Origin: Octopus vulgaris
Taxonomy: Eukaryota
DNA: 64,000 bases
NCBI GenBank assembly: GCA_951406725.2
Contig: OX597815.1
Coordinates: 56,048,001-56,112,000 of the forward strand
Reading direction: 5' to 3'
Part shown: positions 52,376 through 64,000 of the stretch, piece by piece
Layout of the letters: every line of letters begins with the position of its first letter
How positions within the stretch are numbered: the first letter of the stretch is position 1
Translations under genes and position numbers: made by a program
Notes under the pieces: generated by a model
What the model was told of the DNA's origin: nothing
The model's database searches: none
The model's input: only the letters and a program-made list of their open reading frames with translations

Positions 52376-53021
52376 TGTAAAAACTAACACTTCCTTTTTC
52401 CGAGCTGAGATTCGAAGCTGAATCTAAGGATTCTCGCTCTTCTGATCCACCACTGACTAAATAGGCGCGAAAGAAATTTCTTTGTCCTGTCAAAAAGTGA
52501 TGGATGGATTTCACTTCGACCCACGACTTGAGCCGTGTCATTTAAGGCTCAAGTGGACAGGAGTCGACCTACATAAGTAGAAATTACTCCTGTCCTTCTA
52601 GCTGTCATGACCATTATAAATACCGCAATCCGTCAAGGGACTGCAGATAGCCATCACCAGGCAAGACAGTCAGTAAGTAACTTGCGCCAGTCAAGCAGCC
52701 AACATAGAACTACATATTCAGCATGAATGACCCAACACAGTAGCAGTTGCAAAACATAGACACCACCGAATGACCAACGCACATACAGATACAAAACATG
52801 CCCGGTTTTGTATCAACCCTCATCACATCAACACTGTATTTCCCGTTTATTTTCTTCTTCCCCAACTCGAAGCAAGTTGGTAATGTCAGGTAGTGTATTT
52901 TTTGGTGTATACAAGTAAATGCAAGTGTTAATTAAATAAATTATTTAAACCATAACCCTGTGCTTTTCCATTGTTTTACTTTGATGTCATCCATATGCCT
53001 ATTTCATCTGCTACCTCAACA
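52376..53021 (+). mobile_element. Gypsy 3' LTR (646 bp, TG...CA)
   Basis: Starts TGTAAAAACTAAC and ends CTCAACA; TATAAATA at ~52615; both ends are confirmed by homology with 5411-6018. Confidence 0.8.
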
Positions 53022-55219
53022 TCTTTTGCTACACCTTTCCCACTACACTTTCATTATTCTGAATACACTTCTCACTCATGATGTTTCAATTGTCTCTTAC
53101 ACACTGTCATGCAATCCAGAACCTTTTATGCCATTGACCCTCTCATGTTGCAGGATATGCACGAACCTCTTCCTTTGTGTTTCACCTTTAGCCAAGTGTA
53201 CGTTGCCTAGCCACCCTTCTAGCCATTTGATTAAAGCTCTACCTTCCCTCCAGGTTATCAGCCTGTCTCTCAGTCTTTACTGTTCTATCAACCATGTTAC
53301 CTTTGGTTTGGCTGAGACATACATATACTACATACAGACATTATGATGATGATTGCCTCATTTTGTCAGATGACAGCTGTCTTGCATTCAGACTGATTGT
53401 TCTGATTTACTTTCATCCTTGCATATGCACAGATATAGCTTTTCATGCCACGTATACATCGTCATAGGACTTCATAAAATACGAAATGGATCAAGAAATG
53501 AAATGATGGTGAGACATCTGTACGCCACTGGATTTAAGTGAGAAAGCCGAGAAAGCCATATACAGCACTTTTGCCACTCTCTCAGTTGTCATAGTAGGTT
53601 CCAGTTACAAGCATTGCAAGATGACGGGTGCTGTTTTGACAGCAAGTTTTATGTCAGAGTATCTTTCTCCTAGAAAAGTTGGCTACTCCATGGCTTTGTC
53701 AAAAATAGCAGGAGTTTCCTCTATCACTGGGAAATTTATTTAACCTATTGATGGGACCCTGAGAAGTATTTCAATTCCAGGTTAGAGTAGACCTGGAAAT
53801 AATGGTAATTAAGGGGTAATTCCACGCTTCTCCTGAGTTGTCGCCTCATCACCTGATGCAGTTTAATGTACCCAGGGCGGACACACACGATTGATTAGCT
53901 CGTTGGAAACCTGTAATGTTATTGCTCACCAATAATGATTCAAGCGCTTTTGTATATCCTAGGGAAACAACTTTGAAAAGCTTACTGGAAGTTATTTATT
54001 CCCATTACCAGCCCCCAATTAAAAAACAAAAAAGACATTTATAACATTTTTTTATTTAATTAATAGAACAAATGAACAGATTCCAGTAATAAGCAATTCC
54101 GCACTTATGTGTACTTAAAGCCACTTTAATTCGTAGTTTACGTTTCCCTTGTTCACTTCCATGATCTAAATGTCGTTGACTTAAACTTCTGCATGGTTGG
54201 AAGATATTTTATATGACTGCTACAAATCATTTACATCATGACCCCAGATGCCTCCTATTTAGAATCACAATTGTTCTCCTGTTGCTGATTCAATCATTCC
54301 AGAAACTCATCGTTCTGCAACGTTTTCACCACTTACGTGGTTAACAGGCAGGACGAGCATACAAATAAAATCGACGCAGTTGTTTGACCTGTTTGAAATA
54401 TCCTACAAATTTATTTTCCCCATAGGCGAAGGACCAGGCACATGCTAGTTGAAGGGACTATAAGGATTTAAAAGATGTGTAATATTTCCACGTTTAATAA
54501 AGTTAAGGTGGTTTTTAACTTTGTCCAATACCAATGCAAAGAAAGAAATATATGAATGTAAACTCTATCTTGTCTTCTCGCAAATAAAAAAAAAGTGGCA
54601 AGTTAGCAGAATTGCTAGAGTGCTGAAAGAAACAGTATTCGTTCTGGCTTGTTGCGTCCCCAGTTCAAATCTCGCCGAAATCAACTTGGCTTTTCCTCCC
54701 TCCAGGGTCCACAAAATAAACTTCCCATCAAGAAAATTAAGCTTATGTGTCTGACTAGTCCCACCTTGCCAAAACTGCTAGCCTTGTGCCTAAACTAGAA
54801 ATAATTCATAAAAAGTGAACGTGCAAAAATTTCTCTGATATTTTGATAGTGGGGACTGCTATTTGTCAGTTCACGATTTTAATTTATACTCTATCGTTTT
54901 AGAAAATGACACATTAGATTATGTGGTTCTTGGTGTGCCATGCTTTGAGAAAATACAGAATGATCAGAGCTGGAATGCCAGATCAAACAACACTCGGATT
55001 GGCAATCAAATATAACAGCGTGGGGGATTGTTTATGTAATTGCACCCTTATGAATCGTGTCTAATTCATAGATTGAGTCACATTTGCTCAGTAAATACAT
55101 AAATGGATTAGAAAAAGAATTGTTAAATAATAATAATGATGATGACGGTATTGGTAGGGGATGGCAGTGGCAATGGTGGTAGTAATAGTAGTGGTAGTAG
55201 TAGTATACTGCTCGTAACA

Positions 55220-55282
55220 ATCTGACGACGGTTTACACAGAGAGGCGTTGACGTCATTGTGACGAGATAGCTACGTCACAGA
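55220..55282. promoter_or_regulatory. Cluster of CRE/ATF-type sites
   Basis: TGACG (55223), TGACGTCA (55249-55256), TGACG (55260) and ACGTCA (55273) within ~60 bp of non-repetitive, CpG-retaining DNA. Confidence 0.4.
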
Positions 55283-56269
55283 TGTTTAGAGGAGACAAAA
55301 AATCGATGAAGTGAATTTTTGGACTGTTGGCAGCACTTGATAGTGAACTAGAAATAGTTGTGCTAGCAAATAAAATAAATGATTATTTAAATATAACAAT
55401 AATGAAATATAATTGTTGCAAGAAAATTGTGGAAAAGATTCCATAAAGAAACTGTCAAAAGGTGAAAATTCTTACCGTAAAAAAAGAAAAAAAAAGCATT
55501 GGTGGTGAAGAGAAAGGTATCGTAAGTTATCACGTGAATATTTCAGTAAAGAAAAAGGAAAAGATTTAGAACTTGAATAAGTAAATAAGATGTTTAATGG
55601 TTTCAAACCTCATCACTAGCACTGCTTTCCATCCACCTAAAATAGTTATTCAAAACAGCTTTAAATGTCATATACATTGACATAAAATTTATTTATTTTT
55701 ATGAAAACTGCAAACCGAATACAAATCAAGAAAACGAGTTACAATTTTCCTTAGGCAAAAGTCACGGTAAAAAATAAAATAATAATAATGAAACAATATT
55801 TAAATCATTAATTGACAATACAAGACACGTGTGCAATAACAACACAGTTTATATTGGTGGTATCTTACAAATGCAAACAAATTTACGTTTTATTCAGTAT
55901 CTCAAAACGATGAAAAGGAAAAAGAATTATATATTATTGAAGTTTTCCTGCGGCTTTTATTTTTCTTTTCTGAATTCAGATTAGAAACTGGGTGGAGGTG
56001 AAATTGTTCCAGTACTTGACTGGTACCTTGTTTTATCGACTTCGGAGAGATGAAGGGAAAGATCTGAATTTTAAACGTTGCAGATGTACCAATCTGCCGC
56101 AGAGAACTGAAAGCTGTAGTACTGCAGCTACACTTCTTGAAAATTTTAAATGCATTTCTTTTTAACCATTTTTTAAAGATGTAATGTAGATAAAATAAAT
56201 TTAATTAGATACCCTTCTTTACACCAATCACTTTAATGTCTGTTGGGTGTTTTTTTTCTTGCCACCGGT

Positions 56270-57060
56270 ACTAGTGAAGTTATCAAATAACTTGCAAAGC
56301 AGGAAAAGAACAAGAAAAGGAAGGAAAAAGAAAAACACCACCCTGACTAAGTGAGGGGAGCATTTGAGAGATGGGAGAGGTGGTTTTATATCAGGTGTTG
56401 AGGAGAGGTTAAAGTATAATGTCCCTCGATAAGCACAAGTGTCTTGTCCCTCTATCATGGAAGATACATGACTACCCTACATAGATAGAACCCAGCATGT
56501 ACAAGCACTAACAGAATTATTCGTTGACTGGATCTCAAGCACAGCAAGCCACAGAATTTTCTTGGCCCTTTGTCATTTCTTCCATGAGGCTTAGCATCTT
56601 GAGATCTGCCTTCACTACTTCATTTCTTCCTAGGTTTCTCTCTTCCACAAGCTCCATCTACTTTAAGCACCCAACATTTCTGTAAGCAGAAATCCTCATC
56701 CATATGCATCACATGACCAAACAGTTGATTCCTCTTGAGATTTTTCTCTCAATACATTAGCACTTTGTCATACATGCACACTGACATTATATATCCAATG
56801 GAGGATACTAGTCTTTGCATGACCTCTGCGTTTAATGCCCATCTCTCACTACCATGTAGCATTGTTCATACACAGGCATCATACAATTTGCCTTTCAGTC
56901 ACAGAAAAATCTTTTATTGCTCATAGAGGTAATAGTTCTCTGAACTTATTCATCCTATTTTTATTCTAGCAAGTATTCTTTCAGAGCATCTTCCTCCCCC
57001 GATAATTAGGTCACCTAGGTAACAGAAACTGCTACCTCCAGGGAGCCTCCTGGGCATTCA
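56270..57060 (-). mobile_element. RTE LINE 3' part and UTR
   Basis: Reverse complement has FCYLGD, LYDACV and RWMCNV-like remnants; the UTR portion is related to 4980-5280. Confidence 0.75.
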
Positions 57061-57847
57061 AGAAAATAACATTAAAAAAAATATTTCATACCTTTTAGGT
57101 GGATTAAAAACAAATTTTTAATTTCATACTTTTTTTTATGTAGAGTTGTGAAGTACTTTTTAAATAAATTTTATACTTCCTTAAGGTGGATGAAAAGCAA
57201 ATATTAGAGAAGATATGTGATATTGTACCAGTACCAGAAATTCATTGTAAAAATTAGTGAAACTATCAATCCTGTACAAGCTATCTTGGAGTTAACCATA
57301 TGAAATCAACTTTTTTTAAAACTAAGCCGTCCAATTTATTGTTGACATGCATTAGGTTAAAAACATGTCATTTCCATAACTTTATCATTTTTCACTCTTT
57401 TACAAAGTTTATTCAAAATTATGCTTATATAAATTATATGATTCACAATTTTAAAAAAAATTTTGTATCAAGAAAAACATTCCAACTGTGACCATCCTAT
57501 CATTTTTTGAAAAGTGTTTCAATCTTAACTTTCCCAGCTTTCTATAAAGGCATTAACTTGCATTGTAGAACTGAAGTACCCTCCCATGTTTTCAGCAATA
57601 TAAATACCAACCTTAGCTGGTAGTAAACACAAGATGCATTTCATTTAATGATGAATAAAACACAAGAAAGGCAAATTGGTCTTAATTTATGTCAACTTTT
57701 GATCACTTCATCTTGGTGACCTCTGTCCTAAACATTTGTATGCTGACCCCAAAGAAGTCAAAGAAGTGCATGGTGCCAAGGCAGTGGTTCTGTTGCTAGA
57801 AAACTTTTCTCAGCAAAGTCAACAGAGCATATGAGTATGCCTGCAAA

Positions 57848-58387
57848 CAGGGTGACCCCCCCCCCTGAAAAAAAGAAAAACAGAACCCACAAATCTTTGA
57901 ATAAAACAACACAGAGGGATAGATTGAGATTCCAGCAAGATGGGACCATCCCCCATGCATTAAATGACTCCCTAACCTGGCTGAGAGAGTGATTTCAGGA
58001 GAGACTGATCAGCAGGAAGTGTGATGTTGAGTGGGCACTGCATTCACCAAACTTGAACCCCACCAGATTTTTATCTGTGGGGGTATCTCAAGGATAATAT
58101 TTACCAGAACAACCCTCAAACAATTGGTGAACTGAAGGCAGCAATCACAGCAGAAATCAGGGAAATCCCCAAAGAGGAATGTGTTTGAGCAATTGACAAT
58201 TTTGCACAACGTATGCAAGTGTTTGCGCTACATATGCCATTTGGAGCATATTTTGAAAAGAACATGACTTTTATGCAAAGGGAATGATTGTACACAAACT
58301 GAAGTCCAGCAAATATCAAGAAATTTACTGGACCTTTGTAGGATTTAATAAAATTTTTATGGGTTCTGTTTTTTTGGGGTCACCCTG
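57848..58387 (+). mobile_element. Internally deleted Tc1/mariner (maT/DD37D-like) element keeping the catalytic C-terminus
   Basis: TIRs CAGGGTGACCCC...AAAAACAGAACCCA / TGGGTTCTGTTTTTTTGGGGTCACCCTG|TA; reads FQQDGTIPH...EWALHSPNLNP-DFYLWGYLKDNIYQNNPQTIGELKAAI. Confidence 0.9.
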
Positions 58388-58899
58388 TAATGATGGTGTG
58401 TTTACATATGATGCTGCTATAAATGTTCCATCAGTTATATATATCAAACCAAAGAATGAAGTATATGCTTTGCATGTTTTATTCTACTTGTTGACAAGAG
58501 TTTATGAATCCCTAAACCAATATTTACAAACATTAAATATATTAGCCAGTAATTGCTGAATAATACAGTGAGGATAGAATAAGGAATGCTTTATTAACAG
58601 CCTTTCTTCCTTCCAGATAAGACAACTTTAGAATAAAACTTTGAGACTTAAGACTGTATGTGAGCAGATATGCTCTTAAATGGCTTAAAAGCACTCTGCT
58701 TTTTTTGTTCATCTTCTCTCAATTTGTGCTGCTGTGATTGATCCTCCGAAAACTCAGTGGAACATACTACTTGTACACTCTCAAATCATACTTCAATAGT
58801 AACAGCATTTATCTTTAAATGCCAAGGATAAGCAATGTAACAACTTTGTTAAGAAGAGACATTACTACAAAGTTTGTTGATCTCCTTAGTCTATATCTT

Positions 58900-59830
58900 C
58901 AGTGGTATCCACAATAGTTGCACTTTCTTTTGCTTTATCTCACCGGTTACATAAGAATATTAGTCATTAGTGGACATAGGAAGCTTAAAAAGCTTCATTA
59001 ACAAGGAACTAATAAACACAAGTGGAAGATAAACCCAGAAAATGGCTATGTCCTGGAGACAAGTACCTCTCTTATTTCAAAGGTTATTGGAATGTGTCAA
59101 GCAAGTGTAGAATTCTCAAATTATCTGTTATTACAGATCTTTGCTGCAATGTCATCCTAGGAAAAAACTTGCTTGAACACTACTCTTCTTTTGAGATTTT
59201 CTTTAGTAGGACTAAACCTACTCAGTCTGTGGTCTCTACTGTTTTCAAACCTCTTCTTTTACTGTTTACTAATCTTACTATTGATTGCAAACCCTTAGTT
59301 ACAAAATCTAGTCAGCATTTTCCTGATGACCAGGAATTTAAAATTCTGAAGGAACATGCTTGCTAAAGGTGCAAATTAATGAACCAAGTCTCCTTGGAAA
59401 GCTAAGGTGTTGGTTCCATCTGGTGATACTCATATAAGAAACGAGGGATTGTCAATTATTCACAGACAATGACTAACTAGATTTCTTCTCTCTACCAAAC
59501 ATTCAGAAGAGGATCTGGGAAGTTGTTCAATGTGATTCCTTCCATACACTGAACATAAGAAGTAGATGATGATAGAAGAACCTTGCACTGAATTCAAGGA
59601 TGATTCCTTCTGGAATCATTCATAGTGTTGCTAGCTTTCTATATGTAATTGATGAAAATTAAAAAAGGATTGCAACCACCTTTGCATATATTCATAATGT
59701 AACTTTGTGTAGATTTAATCAGTGAGCAAATATAAACTTTTTTTAAACAGAAAAAAGCGTACGTTTTATTCTAAAGCTATTAATCAACTGAGTTACATAA
59801 TACAAAGATGCACCACATGACTGTACGACT
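58900..59830 (+). mobile_element. Very decayed Gypsy protease/RT remnant
   Basis: ITDLCCNVILGKNLL...LFTNLTIDCKPLVTKS; SPWKAKVLV; IVNYSQT. Confidence 0.65.
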
Positions 59831-59924
59831 TCACACAACAATGCCAAACAGCAGACTGATGCCTGAACTACAACTCGTTTGTCCCAAAAGAACATTTCTG
59901 ACTACTTTTGGGTACCCCCTCTTA

Positions 59925-60265
59925 TAAGTGAGCATGTGGCCATTACCAGTGCTGGTGGCATGCAATAAGCACCATTCATGCATGGGACACTGCCAGAGCT
60001 GCCTGATTGGCTCCCCATGCTGGTGGAATGTAAAAAGCACCTTCCAAATGTGGCCAATGCCAGTGTTGCCTTACTGGTTCCCATGCAGGTGGCATGTAAA
60101 AAGCATCCACTACACTCTCGGAGTGGTTGGTATTAGGAAGGGCATCTAGCTGTAGAAACATTGCCAGATCAGATTGGTGCTGCCTCCTGGCTTGCCAGTC
60201 CCCAATCAAACTGTCTAACCCATGCCAGCATGGAAAATAGACGTTAAACAATGATGATGATGATA
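59925..60265 (+). mobile_element. RTE 3' UTR fragment with (GAT)n tail
   Basis: Repeats of gtggcatgtaaaaagcacc, the aggaagggcatc.agctgtagaaac motif, then gacgttaaacaatgatgatgatg. Confidence 0.8.
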
Positions 60266-60578
60266 TGAGTGTGTTTGTCTTTCTGTATCATCACACTGAC
60301 ACTGCTTCAGAGTAGAATGGTGATATTTCTTTATGTTCAATACAAGCACTGTCCTAAAATTTGGCATTTCAGCATGGAATACCTGAATACAAGTTAGGGT
60401 TGGTGTAAGAAAAAGTATTTACCTACAGAAAACTGTCATAAGAAATCACATTTAATATATGCTGGTATTAGGACAACCATACAACTGGGTCAGAAAAGGA
60501 TCACAGTTTACACACTCAAACATACACATATGTATATGTATATATTTGCATATATGTGTGTGTGTGTACATACATATA

Positions 60579-60623
<45 letters not shown>

Positions 60624-61234
60624 ATTCAGTAATAAGGATTCATTAAGAATCAAAGCATATCAACATGTAAAACACCAGAAAATGGTTAGATATAATTACA
60701 TAGAGCTGACAGTAAATTATTTTGTAACACCACCAACATTATAATGACATTGTAGGGTTAGTGTAAGAGGCCAGATTTGGCTGGTTTGAGTATAAGAGAG
60801 ATAGAATATTTGGGCCTGATGAGACTGGTTTAAATGTTAAAGAATTAAACACAGTGTATATTAATACATACCAGACAAGTACATGGAGACAAGTACAAGC
60901 AAAACAGCCCAACATAAAACACTTTAACAGTCTTTCATTTATACCTTTCCATACCCACATGTATACACAAGATACATTTTGCTTGATTCAGTCATTACAC
61001 TGTAGCATCACCTTGAAGAATTTTAGTCAAACAAATCAATCTCAGGACTTTTTTTAAACCTGGTACTTACTCTGTTGATCTCTTTTGTTGACCTAAGTTA
61101 CAGTGACATGAACACGCCAACATTGGTTGTCAAGCAGTGGTAGGGGACAGACATACATGCACATGCACAGGTACACATACAAACGTGTGTGTGTGTGAGA
61201 GAGAGTTTGTGTACATGTACATATATATATATAT

Positions 61235-61600
61235 TATCCGAATTTTATAGTTTTAAGTATCCATCATGGCTGATCTTACCAATCGGTTTCATGCAAAACA
61301 ATACAATGGAGTGTTAGGTAACAATCCATTATATAAATACACTCATCAGAAGTAGCTGACTTGGAAGGGAATATGACAACTGCTCTCCACTGTCAGAGGT
61401 GGATTAGTACACCTGGTTAGTGTCTGCTGTAAAAAGGTGGTGAAATGAAAAAAGGTCCAGGGGCTTTGGCTGGGAGTTATGTCCCTTGGTTAGGTATGTT
61501 GTGCAGTCGGTAAGAATTATCTTGAAGTGAAGAAAGTTTGCGTTAATAATGTGGTACTTCTGCAGGGATGGAGTGTGTGGTATGTGTAGCAGTGTCATAT
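61235..61600 (-). mobile_element. PLE remnant with a long-stem-II hammerhead (61274-61351)
   Basis: Minus: CTGATGA gtgta...(tataatgga/tccattgta; tgtta/taaca)...tgcat GAAA CC gatt GG TA. The adjacent sequence has NFFTFQDNSY-like RT traces. Confidence 0.6.
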
Positions 61601-62111
61601 GTATAAATATTTCTGGGGGTGTAGATATATATAGCGCTATGTTTTGTTTTCTTTCTGTAAGGGATAAAACTAAGGGTTTTTTTTATATATTAATGTGGTA
61701 TGTAATGTACGTGTGTGTATGTGTGGAGGGGGGGTCTGTTTATATGTGGTGGTACAATTTGTGGGGGAATGTGGTGGGGGATAGTTATATGCAGGGTGTC
61801 CACCTTATGGGTGTGTGTGTGTATGTGTACATGGGTGCATTGGTGTGTGTCTTGGTCATTCTCTTTTTTGCTGGGCCCAAGGGCATTAGTGGAAAGTCGT
61901 TAAGAACCTGCTACAATAACCATAAGTCCTCATTCAACATCCTAGAGAGACGTAATACATGAGCATCCTGCTTCAGTCTCAGGTCTGAGTCTACCAACTA
62001 AAGTTGTTTTTACACTAGGTGCGGATCTAAAGGATAATCTCAAGTTATGTCTATTAAATATTTTGTAGAATCTATTGGTACGGGGGAAGTGTTAATCACT
62101 TAAACTAAGGA

Positions 62112-62211
62112 NNNNNNNNNNNNNNNNNNNNNNNNNNNNNNNNNNNNNNNNNNNNNNNNNNNNNNNNNNNNNNNNNNNNNNNNNNNNNNNNNNNNNNNNN
62201 NNNNNNNNNNN
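62112..62211. other. Assembly gap (100 N)
   Basis: Run of N. Confidence 1.
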
Positions 62212-63907
<1,696 letters not shown>

Positions 63908-63944
63908 TATATACATACATATATATATACATATATATATATAC

Positions 63945-64000
<56 letters not shown>

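Larger units (their letters stand above)
49197..53021 (+). mobile_element. 5'-deleted Ty3/Gypsy element: RT end, RNase H, integrase, long 3' UTR, PPT and 3' LTR
   Basis: FLRLREYGVVINPSKCSFGVAPLHFLGHIV; LVDASDSGFGGVLQQ; FQHMHIDIVGPLPPSNNCTHLLTCVDRFSR; ITTDRGRQF; LRPPYSGPYKV; PPT-like agaaggtggg before the LTR. Confidence 0.92.

Overview
This is AT-rich animal genomic DNA. The repeat families (RTE LINEs, tRNA-derived SINEs, Penelope-like elements, huge (TA)n/(GT)n tracts) point to an octopus/cephalopod genome, which is an inference. The window is intronic or intergenic and mostly made of nested, decayed transposons: RTE and CR1/L2-group LINEs, Penelope-like elements (PLEs), Gypsy LTR fragments and a solo LTR, an RT/RNase H fragment with DIRS-like motifs, mariner and Tc1/maT derivatives, Helitron Rep fragments, hAT and piggyBac MITEs and SINEs. 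There is a 100-N gap at 62112-62211. No complete host gene is visible: there is one convincing 69-nt internal exon (44663-44731, minus) and one weaker candidate (32011-32150, plus). Most listed ORFs are microsatellite artefacts. The best unexplained signals are: (1) at least eight type-I hammerhead ribozyme motifs, including a PLE pair with a compensatory A3-U8 core instead of C3-G8, and one lying between ~310-bp direct repeats like a retrozyme; (2) two ~780-bp foldback elements with 8-bp TSDs, shared outer TIRs, different interiors and TTAGGG-type repeats; (3) repeated inverted-plus-tandem PLE-like modules able to form long dsRNA. Coordinates of decayed repeats are approximate, and all alignments and folds were done by eye.
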